From Rubripirellula sp. (GTDB taxonomy: Bacteria > Planctomycetota > Planctomycetia > Pirellulales > Pirellulaceae): a DNA stretch of 64,000 nt. Each line of letters begins with the position of its first letter. The stretch's first letter is position 1. Below are positions 49,031-57,681 of this stretch, piece by piece. The stretch lies in contig OZ244207.1 in the NCBI GenBank assembly GCA_965216875.1, positions 4,448,001-4,512,000 of the forward strand. The letters run 5' to 3'. The notes under the pieces were generated by a model. The model made no database searches, had not been told where the DNA came from, and worked only from the letters and a program-made list of their open reading frames with translations. The position numbers were made by a program, and so were the translations under genes.

Positions 49031-49654
49031 ATGATGGATGAAAACGATGATTCGGATCGGGTTCTGCAGATCAAAGAGCGGGATTCGCAAGCGTTGGCCG
49101 CCTACATCCAAGACAACCGGTCTCAGCTCGAGCGGTTTCTCAGGTCGATTACGGGTGAACACTTGCTTGCGGTGGTCGAAGTGGACGATCTGATCCAAGA
49201 AATCTCGACAGCAGCTCTAACCGGTCTGCCCACCGCGCCGCTCGATCAGTACGAGCCGATGCAATGGTTGCAGCAGATTGCCAGGCGCCGCGTGGTCGAT
49301 GCGCACCGTTTTCACTTTGATGCCAAGCGGCGCGATGTGGGCCGGCAAAAATCGTTGAACGCCGCGGCCAGTCCCGACGCTTCCATGATGGGTCTCGAAC
49401 AGCTTTTGGCGGCGAGTATGACGTCACCAAGCGCTGTGGTCAGCCAGGACATTCGAATGTGCCGGATCCAGCAAGTGATCGAAGAGCTGCCCGATGAACA
49501 GAAGCAGGCAATCCGAATGCGCTACGTCGACGGTTTGCCGACCAAACAGATTGCCGAGGAACTTGGCAAAACCGATGTCGCCATCCGCGTGCTCCTTTCT
49601 CGCAGCATGCGTCAACTCGAAAAGCAGCTCGAAGACGTCCGACCAACACGCTGA
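49031..49654 (+). CDS. ECF sigma factor, planctomycete kinase-associated type
   Basis: DDLIQE, WLQQIARRRVVDAHRFH, LAASMTSPS, LPDEQKQAIRMRY..GLPTKQIAEELGKT; divergent from the kinase gene. Confidence 0.93.
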   Translation: MMDENDDSDRVLQIKERDSQALAAYIQDNRSQLERFLRSITGEHLLAVVEVDDLIQEISTAALTGLPTAPLDQYEPMQWLQQIARRRVVDAHRFHFDAKRRDVGRQKSLNAAASPDASMMGLEQLLAASMTSPSAVVSQDIRMCRIQQVIEELPDEQKQAIRMRYVDGLPTKQIAEELGKTDVAIRVLLSRSMRQLEKQLEDVRPTR

Positions 49655-49670
49655 CAGTCGCGGAACAATC

Positions 49671-49945
49671 ACCCTCCCGCTTGCGGGAGGGTCGGACGCA
49701 AACTCCGGGGAGGGAATGATTTCCATAGAACAAACCCTCTCTGGGCCCGTGAGCCGTACGCGCTAGCGTCGGGCCCTGGGAAATTCACACGAGTGCAAGG
49801 CCCGACGCTAGCGCGCTGGGCTCACCATTTGTAGCTACCTTCGCCAGAAGGTAGTTCCCATTGGCAGGCCGGCTTCCACGATCACCACGCTCTGGCGAGC
49901 GTAGCTACCAAGCGTGGTAAGGCCCGACGCTAGCGCGCTGGGCTT
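49671..49945. repeat. Cluster of several palindromic intergenic repeats
   Basis: CCCTCCCGC-TT-GCGGGAGGG; GCGCTAGCGTCGGGCC / GGCCCGACGCTAGCGC (x2); GTAGCTACCTTCGCCAGA / TCTGGCGAGCGTAGCTAC. Confidence 0.8.
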
Positions 49946-49977
49946 ACAAAAAAGTTACGTCCTCTCGGAAAAAAACG

Positions 49978-50005
49978 GTAACACTCGGCCCTCCACTCCG
50001 CTTGG
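49978..50005 (+). promoter_or_regulatory. ECF-type promoter motif copy 5
   Basis: GTAAC actcggccctccactc CGCTTGG, 58 nt upstream of ATG 50064; upstream A-tract. Confidence 0.85.
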
Positions 50006-50063
50006 CAAATAGAAACGGCAACTCACCCGCCGCAGAACACGTCTCAAATCGCCACAGGACAGA

Positions 50064-50588
50064 ATGATGAGCCGCTCCAAAACCACGCAAATCCTGCTTT
50101 TTTCCGCCGCCTGTTCCGTTCTGCTGCTCAGCGCCCCCACCGCCGAAGCCGGCAATGGTTGGGGTTGGAAAAAACCGATGAATCAGAAAATGGGAGCGTT
50201 CTACACCGGCAACAAAAAACTGCGACGCTCGTCCACATCGAGCTCGAGCCACTCCTCGCGTTACCGCCACTCGACTCATTCGACCTACCGAACGGTGACA
50301 CCCCGTACCTATCATTCCGCTCCGGTCGTCGTGAAGACCGTGCCCCAAACCGTGATGCCCATCCAACCGGCTCCCGTCACCCACGCGCCCTCCGCAACGG
50401 TACCGCCCCCAACACAGACTGCTCCGATCACAACGGCATTGCCCGAGCAGCCCCTGGCCGTTTCTGCCGCTCAACCCAAACCGGCGACTGCAAAGCCAGT
50501 GCAGGTCCCAACCCAGAAAGCGGAACAAGCCCCACCGACCGCAGAACAACAAGCCCTCGAGCTCCTTGGTCCTTGGCTCGCAAAGTGA
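50064..50588 (+). CDS. Secreted basic, Ser/Pro/Thr-rich low-complexity protein
   Basis: Signal peptide ending AEA-GNGWGW; basic His/Ser/Arg segment; Pro-rich linker; AEQQALELL tail. Confidence 0.75.
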   Translation: MMSRSKTTQILLFSAACSVLLLSAPTAEAGNGWGWKKPMNQKMGAFYTGNKKLRRSSTSSSSHSSRYRHSTHSTYRTVTPRTYHSAPVVVKTVPQTVMPIQPAPVTHAPSATVPPPTQTAPITTALPEQPLAVSAAQPKPATAKPVQVPTQKAEQAPPTAEQQALELLGPWLAK

Positions 50589-50600
50589 GCAAAGGACATT

Positions 50601-50691
50601 GGACAGAAAGATGAGGGACAAAAAATGGTCGGTCACCCAACCTGATCATCAAGCCACGCGCCATCATCTTTCTGTCCCCCATCTTTCTGTC
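50601..50691. repeat. Inverted repeat of the GACAGAAA(A/G)ATG family
   Basis: GACAGAAAGATGAGGGACAAAAAATG ... CATCTTTCTGTCCCCCATCTTTCTGTC; same module as in the 6.7-9.8 kb repeats. Confidence 0.75.
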
Positions 50692-50758
50692 GACCACTCT
50701 TCAACCACTTACGAAGCCCCTCCGTCTTCGTTTTTCTGCCAACTCTTTTCTCCATTTC

Positions 50759-50784
50759 TGTCACAGGCCACTTTCTTCCGTGTC
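50759..50784 (+). promoter_or_regulatory. Candidate ECF promoter TGTCACA-N14-GTGTC
   Basis: Single copy 45 nt upstream of the SRPBCC-like/ECF gene pair; resembles TGTCACA-type ECF promoters. Confidence 0.45.
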
Positions 50785-50829
50785 CAAGTAAGAAACCCCC
50801 CGCTTCTTGGCACAAAAAAGGTCTGTGAA

Positions 50830-51237
50830 ATGAAATACTGTCACGAGTTCATCGAAATCGATTGTCCTGTCGACGACGCCATGGCATTGTTTGGCGACCC
50901 ATTGCGTCTGCCCGAATGGGCGATTGAATACTGTCAAACGATCGCGAAAACCGATAGTGGCTATGTTGCCGAGACGGTCGAAGGCTCACGTTGCTTCAAC
51001 ACTCGCGTCGATCGTGCGATGGGAGTGGTTGACGCTTGTTCGGGTTCCAACCACGACCAATTGAATGACATCCTGCATATTCGTTTGGTGCCCGCGGCAG
51101 ACGACAAAACGCTTGCGAGCTTCATCTACTCTCCACCAGGACAGGTCCCGCCGGAAGTGCTTCAACTGATGCAAACGGGACTCAACAAAGAGGTCCAACA
51201 CGCCAAAGCGATGCTTGAATCCGCCGTGCTCCAATAG
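50830..51237 (+). CDS. SRPBCC/polyketide-cyclase-like protein
   Basis: IEIDCPVDDAMALFGDPLRLPEWA N-terminal pattern and C-terminal helix; ATG 50830. Confidence 0.7.
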   Translation: MKYCHEFIEIDCPVDDAMALFGDPLRLPEWAIEYCQTIAKTDSGYVAETVEGSRCFNTRVDRAMGVVDACSGSNHDQLNDILHIRLVPAADDKTLASFIYSPPGQVPPEVLQLMQTGLNKEVQHAKAMLESAVLQ

Positions 51238-51294
51238 CGATTCCACGTGCGATGAGTCCAACCCCGCTTCGAGTTCGCTAGCCACCGAGTTGTC

Positions 51295-52188
51295 ATGGTT
51301 TCTGAATTGACCAACCCCTTCCAGGAAGATCCTCATATCGATGTGACCGACCAACAGTTGGTTGCCCAGGCGTTGGAGGGCAGTGGAGATGCGTTAGAGA
51401 AACTCGTTGCGGGTCATCAAGCTTGGCTATTCAACATCGCCGTGCGCATGGTCTGGAATGCGACGGATGCCGAAGACGTGGTTCAAGAAGTGATGATCAA
51501 GGCGGTCACAAAACTCTCCACCTTCCGAGGCGAGAGTTCGTTTCGCACTTGGTTGTACCGCATCGCTTGCAATCACGTCTTGAATATGAAACGTCGCACC
51601 TCGGAAGAACAGTTAGTGAGTTTTTCGCAATTCAGCGACGATCTCGACCGAATCCCCGATCGCGAATTGCCCGATCCCGAATCAGTGCCCGTTGACCTTC
51701 CGGTCCTCGTCGAGGAAGCGAAACTCGGTTGCCTCTCTGCAATGCTCCTCGGCCTCGATCGCCGCCAGCGGCTCGCCTACACGCTTGTCGAATTGCTGGG
51801 AGCGAGTTCACAGACGGCTGCCGAGTTGATGGAGATCACACCGGCCAACCTGCGCCAAATCGTCCATCGAGCGCGCCAGGAACTTTATCAGTTCATGAAT
51901 GGCAACTGCGGTTTGGTGAACAAAGACAACCGCTGTCGGTGTGCGGCCAAAACGCCATCGTTCATCGACGCTGGTTACGTTGAACCGGCGAACATTCGCT
52001 TTGCAGATGCATCCGCTCCAAGACTTGACACTAACGCCAAGTCACTTGAAGTGCTCGAATCGAGGGTCGACCAACTGCATCGCGAACAACAGCAGCAAGC
52101 GCGATTCATGACGCCGCCCGATGCAAAGAACTCGCTGATGCGATTTTTGAGTGATCCAGCCGTCCGTGAAACACTTTGCCTCGACTAA
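51295..52188 (+). CDS. ECF sigma factor with Cys-containing C-terminal extension
   Basis: DAEDVVQE, FRGESSFRTWLYRIACN; extension NCGLVNKDNRCRC. Confidence 0.92.
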   Translation: MVSELTNPFQEDPHIDVTDQQLVAQALEGSGDALEKLVAGHQAWLFNIAVRMVWNATDAEDVVQEVMIKAVTKLSTFRGESSFRTWLYRIACNHVLNMKRRTSEEQLVSFSQFSDDLDRIPDRELPDPESVPVDLPVLVEEAKLGCLSAMLLGLDRRQRLAYTLVELLGASSQTAAELMEITPANLRQIVHRARQELYQFMNGNCGLVNKDNRCRCAAKTPSFIDAGYVEPANIRFADASAPRLDTNAKSLEVLESRVDQLHREQQQQARFMTPPDAKNSLMRFLSDPAVRETLCLD

Positions 52189-52214
52189 GCCGCGGGGCCA
52201 GATCCCCGAGCTGT

Positions 52215-52712
52215 TCAGCCGATACTGATCACGCTAGGCATTCCCAATTCGCGGCGAATCTGGCTCAGCTGTCCCGTATGCAATGACAGATGCGTCGTCA
52301 TCAGATGGCCAAGCAAATCGCCGATGGTTGGTAATTCTTCGACCAAGAAGGGCGTCGGGTTTGGCTGATCCAAATGCTCGTCAGTGACTTGCTGGAACGC
52401 CGCAGCCAATTTGTCGCCTGACTCTTTCAGATGGGCGACAAGTGATTGTTGTGTTCGGCCGTCATCGCCGATCTTTCCGCCGGGGCTGTTCGGACCGTAC
52501 GTGGGCATCATGTCCTGAATGGACGCCTGCGGCTGGCCAAGCAGATTGAGCCCAAAATCCATGCCCAGTGCAAGATGACCTGTAATCCATTTTGGACTGT
52601 TCGATCCCCCGCGAGGCTCGTCAAACGCTTCTGGCGACAGTCCACTCGCTGCCTCTGCCGCCATCATTCGCATCAACTCAAACAAACGTAACATCGTTGG
52701 CGCTTGTGCCAT
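52215..52712 (-). CDS. DinB-family protein
   Basis: NSPKWITGHLA and HLSLHTGQLSQIRRELG His motifs. Confidence 0.88.
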   Translation of the reverse strand: MAQAPTMLRLFELMRMMAAEAASGLSPEAFDEPRGGSNSPKWITGHLALGMDFGLNLLGQPQASIQDMMPTYGPNSPGGKIGDDGRTQQSLVAHLKESGDKLAAAFQQVTDEHLDQPNPTPFLVEELPTIGDLLGHLMTTHLSLHTGQLSQIRRELGMPSVISIG

Positions 52713-52808
52713 CGGTGGGACTCCTTACAAAACATCATCGAACGAAGTGGAACGCGAACGAAACTACCGCCAACCATCCGTTTCATCAACGTGGCATTGA
52801 GGGCTAAG

Positions 52809-55800
52809 TCACTCAGTTGCCGAAGGTTCGTCGGTTTGCACTTTCCTTTTGACGCCAACGTTCCGAGCGTACGTCTGGTAGCGAACATTGGCGTGAATCT
52901 TTGGTTCGAGCTTGCTGTCCTCGAGAGCGCGAACGGTCGCCCGATACCGACCGACTTCCGCCTCTTCCAAGAGCGCGGGAATGACTTCGGTGCCCATGCG
53001 ACCGTCAATCATCCAATTCACTTCAATCGGTTTCCCTTCCTTTTCGAGCAGCTCCGCCCACACGTCGAGACTTTGTGATTGAAATGAATTGGCGTCTTCA
53101 ACGTTGTCAGAGTCGTCGCCATTCTCAGCGTCGGTGACACCCGTTTCGTCGTCCGCTTTGAAGACCAACGTGAATTCCGGCATCGTATCGTAGATTGGCA
53201 AACGATCTTTCCATGCCAGCTTGCTTGGCAAGTCAGGACCGACCCAAATCCCCATTTCATTGTCGTATTCAAAGGCAATCGAATCGGCTGTCGCAAAGGC
53301 TCGGGCCGTATCGAATAAGCGCTGCGCTGGCTTCGCCTTTTGATCAATGACTTCGATCACAAGCGTGCTGGTTGGCCTCGCAAACCGACTCTTCTGCTCC
53401 TCGGGGATCTCTTGCGTATCGATTTGCTGACTCGTGTAGGTGAACAGCAACACATCACCGTCGCCCGATCTGGCAACCCAACACTGCCAATCGTCATTCA
53501 TTGAGTTGAGCTCCGAAACAGCCACATCGCTCCACATCTTGCCAAGCCCCGCTTTCAAACGTGACTCATCGAATGTCTCAGCATCCGACAAGACAAGATC
53601 ACCCGTTTCGATTGGCTGGATTTCTCCCATCACCAACGGACAAACCGCGAGCAACTCGGATGGAACGTCAGCATCTGTTTCCAACAGCGCGAAATCGTCG
53701 ATGGCAGATTCGATGAGTGACGAATCGACTTCCTCTGTTGCTTTTGCAAACGCTTCGGCATCGTGGTCGAGGAACGCCTGAATGGCTTCGGACGAGAGTT
53801 GGTGCTTGTACTCCACCATTTCGGAGCGGACCTTTAGCATTTCATCGATACGACCAGCACGCCGAAGCAAGCGAGCAAGCTGGCGTTGACGTGAGTAATG
53901 AGGGTAGTGCTCGCGTTCGCTCAATTCTTCGGCCGATCTTGCAGAGTCGATCGCACCATCGAGATCACCATCGCTGGCAAGAAACTGCGCAACGTTTTCT
54001 TCGCATTCCGCTTTCGCTTCCTTGTCGATCTCTACCAACGATACCCAGGCCGCTCCCTGCTCGACCATCTTCGGGTCGTGCAAACGAGTGGCTTCGTCAA
54101 TAAATGCGACCAGAAATTGGCCGCGATAATCGAGGTGCTGGCTGTCAAAACCGAACGCCGGCGGATCGAGTTGAACGAATCGATTCCTTGCAGCCATGGC
54201 GGCACGCTGACGAACCAACTGCCGAAGGCGGTATTCTGTTTCTTCACCGCCCAAGCAAAAACTGAACGCCTTCCGATGCATCTCATCCGCCTTGGCGTAA
54301 TCACCTTCTCGGGCATGCTTCTGAGCGAGCAGGCGGTGTTTTTGAGCCTGAAGTGTCCGTGCAGCGTTTGCCCGGGTATCGGCAACAAACAAAGACGACA
54401 TCTGCGGATCATTCTGGTTGACCAAAAAGTCGCCAATCTGAAAATGCCGCGCTTCGTCGTCAGGAAAATAGCTCGCCGCATCAGTAAATCGTTTGTCCGC
54501 AAGCAACGACTCAACCATGTAGTAGTTGATCGAATCGGAAACCCACTCTTCGTCTTCAGTCAACAATTCGGGCAGACGTTTCAGCTCTTGTTTCAAATCT
54601 TCCCACACGTCGACCGCTTTGGCGTGTTCTTCGTTTTCGTAGGCGCACCAACCGATCAATCCCTTGCCCCAAAAGTTCTTTGACGCTTTGTCGTGCGTTT
54701 GCAGAGCATCGGCGAGCTTTTCGATGTCGCCATAAAAATCGTCATCGATCGCCTCCATGAAGGTGTCTTTCAGCAGTTCATCGAGATCATCGACTTCGTC
54801 AAAAAGCGTTTGAAACTGACCATTCTCATAACGCAAATCTCGCAAGAACTCGATCGCAAGACCGTGCATGATGCCATCCGGAATAGCCTTTTCGCGCGCA
54901 GCAATGAAGCGTTCAGCCGCCTTTTCGACATCTTCGTCTTCGTCGCTGCTACGGCCCTCAAAAACCTCAACGCCACCCTCTGGAACATCCGATCGTTGTT
55001 TCATCTCCGCGACAACGGCGGCAAGCCACTCGGGGCTCATGTAGCTTTGGTACGCGAGGTTTCGCCAAAGGTAATCCTCTTCGCATGCGACAATCGAATC
55101 GATCAGTTCTGGGACATCTTCGACTCGCTCTTGATTCATCACGTGCGAAATGGAACTTGAATCGTCTGGCAGTATTCTCAAGAGCTTGATCGCCGCATCT
55201 GCCGCTTGCGCGTCGTTGGCCAAGCCGTCATAAGCTCGGTTGAAGACCCATTGCACGTTTGGGTGATCAGGCGAGATCTTTGCCGCCTCTTTGGCGGCGT
55301 GCAGCGCGCGTTGGTAGTCACCCTGGTTGATGTAGCAACTCCCAAGTGATGTCCAAACGCCCCAGAGTCGATCGCGTCGTTTGATGGTTTCCAAGACGCG
55401 TGCGGCTTCGTCATAGCGATTCATCGCCATCCAGTTGTATGCAAAGTGGAGCTTTGCCACGGGCGCATCGAACTTGAGCATCGGAATGCGTTCGGCCGAA
55501 CGCATCAGGCGTTCACCTCGTTCGGCTTCACCTTCCTGCCAAGTTTCGTATCCGCGCGCCGCCCGATTGAGGGCAGTGTCAAATCCTTCGGCTTGCGGCG
55601 ACACCCCGGTCATAAAGCTGGCGTACTCGTCAGAGACACGACGTCCCTCTTCGAACAACAACCAATCGTAGAGCTTCCAGCCCTCTTCCTTTTTGACGAA
55701 GTAAAACCGGTAGCTATCGGTCAAACTGTCGGTCGAGTAGAGCAACACATCCATCGAAGCCAACTTGCCGTCTGGATCTTCATACACGGCAAGGATGCGA

Positions 55801-56276
55801 TCCTTGTCATGTGTCCAATTCAATTCAGGATGCGCTGCCGCGATCGACGCTTGAACCATCAGACGATGACGCCGTCCAATCTGTCCGTTGCCATACTTGC
55901 TTGCCGCGACCGCTTCCAAAAACATCGGAAAATCGAACTGAGCCACCGTCCCATTGCGGTAGTCCTCGAGCATCTGTTTGGCCGTCGAGACAAGTTCGGG
56001 CGAACCACAGGGTTTCACACACGGATTCTTCAGAGCCTGATTGAACTCAAATTGGGCCGTGGGCAATTCGTCGCCGCGCAGCTCGAGTGCCACTTCCGCT
56101 TCGCCGGTCACGCTGTTGACGGCGACAAGCATCAAGACGCCAACGCCTCCGCAACAGAAAAAGCAAAGGGCGCCAACAATCACAAACGCCATCAATATCG
56201 GATGACCGGTCGTTTTCTGGGGTTCTTCCCTGCCATGGACATCAAAGTTGGCAGACAGTGGGTCGTCTGAAGACAC
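52809..56276 (-). CDS. Large membrane-anchored TPR-containing protein
   Basis: N-terminal TM with CFFCCGG; TPR-like helices (WTSLGSCYINQGDYQRALHAAKEAAKISPDH); 1155 aa. Confidence 0.8.
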   Translation of the reverse strand: MSSDDPLSANFDVHGREEPQKTTGHPILMAFVIVGALCFFCCGGVGVLMLVAVNSVTGEAEVALELRGDELPTAQFEFNQALKNPCVKPCGSPELVSTAKQMLEDYRNGTVAQFDFPMFLEAVAASKYGNGQIGRRHRLMVQASIAAAHPELNWTHDKDRILAVYEDPDGKLASMDVLLYSTDSLTDSYRFYFVKKEEGWKLYDWLLFEEGRRVSDEYASFMTGVSPQAEGFDTALNRAARGYETWQEGEAERGERLMRSAERIPMLKFDAPVAKLHFAYNWMAMNRYDEAARVLETIKRRDRLWGVWTSLGSCYINQGDYQRALHAAKEAAKISPDHPNVQWVFNRAYDGLANDAQAADAAIKLLRILPDDSSSISHVMNQERVEDVPELIDSIVACEEDYLWRNLAYQSYMSPEWLAAVVAEMKQRSDVPEGGVEVFEGRSSDEDEDVEKAAERFIAAREKAIPDGIMHGLAIEFLRDLRYENGQFQTLFDEVDDLDELLKDTFMEAIDDDFYGDIEKLADALQTHDKASKNFWGKGLIGWCAYENEEHAKAVDVWEDLKQELKRLPELLTEDEEWVSDSINYYMVESLLADKRFTDAASYFPDDEARHFQIGDFLVNQNDPQMSSLFVADTRANAARTLQAQKHRLLAQKHAREGDYAKADEMHRKAFSFCLGGEETEYRLRQLVRQRAAMAARNRFVQLDPPAFGFDSQHLDYRGQFLVAFIDEATRLHDPKMVEQGAAWVSLVEIDKEAKAECEENVAQFLASDGDLDGAIDSARSAEELSEREHYPHYSRQRQLARLLRRAGRIDEMLKVRSEMVEYKHQLSSEAIQAFLDHDAEAFAKATEEVDSSLIESAIDDFALLETDADVPSELLAVCPLVMGEIQPIETGDLVLSDAETFDESRLKAGLGKMWSDVAVSELNSMNDDWQCWVARSGDGDVLLFTYTSQQIDTQEIPEEQKSRFARPTSTLVIEVIDQKAKPAQRLFDTARAFATADSIAFEYDNEMGIWVGPDLPSKLAWKDRLPIYDTMPEFTLVFKADDETGVTDAENGDDSDNVEDANSFQSQSLDVWAELLEKEGKPIEVNWMIDGRMGTEVIPALLEEAEVGRYRATVRALEDSKLEPKIHANVRYQTYARNVGVKRKVQTDEPSATE

Positions 56277-56431
56277 GTCGCGTGCTCGCTAAATAAGTTC
56301 TTGCCGAAATAATTAGAGCCCCCCAATCATAATGTCCCTCGTCGCCCGCTGCGGGGTACCAAACAGGGTGAAGGAGGATGCTGGGGACCGTTGGAAGGAT
56401 CGGAGATGCGATAGCGGGCCACATCGATCCT

Positions 56432-57376
56432 TTATTCGATACTCGACAGCACGGTTTCGCGAAACGCGAGCTGATACTCAGGTTCCCGCCGATGCTGGCG
56501 TCTGAGAATGACAATTTCCTCGTGCCCAAACAGTTTTGACACATCACGAAAACCAAGGGTTCGTATGTCACCGTATGGCGAGTCCTTCTTGGCACGGTAG
56601 CGCGGACTGATCGGGACAATCGCTATGCCAAAACCGATTTGAAGGTACTGCAAGAGCAAGTCTTTCGTGCTCGTTTCACAACTGACGTGCAAATCATCCA
56701 GTAAACCTGCTTTTGAAAACACCTCGTCGACTCGAGTGCGAGAATTCGTCCCAACGCTCGACATCACCAAGGGAAACCGCGCGAGCGTCTTGGGTGTCAA
56801 GCGTTTGATCGACATCACCGGATGCTCTGCAGGCGCAACGAGCATGAACGGAAACGTCGTGATCGAATCGGAAACGAGCGTGCTCGGAAGATCGCTTGCG
56901 AGCTGTCCAACCACGGCGAGATCGACTTCGCCCGCTTCCAACAATTGTTTCGCCTGGTTGGACGGAACATCAATCAGATTCAACTCGACTTCATCGTGAC
57001 CCTTGCGGTACTGAAGAATCGGCGTCGGCAACTCGTTGACCAGGATGTTCGATGGCGATGCGATCACCAATCGCTTGGGGATCGACTTGGATTCTTGCGA
57101 AAACCGCTCGACGATTGCGTCAAAGCCCTCAACAACAGGAGCGGCCAACTGAACCAACAGCCGACCATGCTCGGTCAAACTGACTTGCTGGCCGTTGACC
57201 TCGACCAGGGTCACCCCAAATTCATCTTCGAGCGCTCTGACCTGTTGCCATACCGATGGCGTCGCCAAATCGAGTGCCGCGGCGGCCGCAGCGAACCCTT
57301 TCCCGCGCGAGAGTTCCATCATCGCGCGAAACTGGGCAATTCGAACCTGTTTGAAATATCGACGACGATTCATCAC
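56432..57376 (-). CDS. LysR-family transcriptional regulator
   Basis: GFAAAAAALDLATPSVWQQVRALEDEFGVTL HTH, LTEHG, GEVDLAV, GFGIAIVP. Confidence 0.95.
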   Translation of the reverse strand: MMNRRRYFKQVRIAQFRAMMELSRGKGFAAAAAALDLATPSVWQQVRALEDEFGVTLVEVNGQQVSLTEHGRLLVQLAAPVVEGFDAIVERFSQESKSIPKRLVIASPSNILVNELPTPILQYRKGHDEVELNLIDVPSNQAKQLLEAGEVDLAVVGQLASDLPSTLVSDSITTFPFMLVAPAEHPVMSIKRLTPKTLARFPLVMSSVGTNSRTRVDEVFSKAGLLDDLHVSCETSTKDLLLQYLQIGFGIAIVPISPRYRAKKDSPYGDIRTLGFRDVSKLFGHEEIVILRRQHRREPEYQLAFRETVLSSIE

Positions 57377-57450
57377 AGAAACCGGCTTTGGGGATCTTTA
57401 GAAGAGGTGTCTGATTGGCCGCAAACAGAATTTGTCACTGCCTAACGCAA

Positions 57451-57478
57451 ATAACGAACGATTATGAATAACGAACGA
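57451..57478. promoter_or_regulatory. Candidate LysR binding sites
   Basis: ATAA-N7-TTAT (T-N11-A) at 57451-57465; ATAACGAACGA repeated at 57451 and 57468, between divergent LysR and MFS genes. Confidence 0.6.
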
Positions 57479-57681
57479 CCAATGGGCAACGTCCTCGCCA
57501 TCGTTTGACACGGCCAAACCAACGTAAAGCTCGACCAAACGGTCACCGCGGGTTTGGCAAAAAACCAGCGATCAACGCGATCCCAAACGGCATTGCGGCC
57601 TGTACGAATCGTCGTGATCGCGTACACTCGCTGCATCTCCATCCGAGCCCTCTTCTCTGATCCCTTTCTGGGCGTTGCTGA

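Noticed and set aside
57505..57531. Sigma70 promoter for the MFS-otnK-otnC operon
   Set aside because: TTGACA is present but the best -10 candidate is only 14-15 nt away; too weak to call
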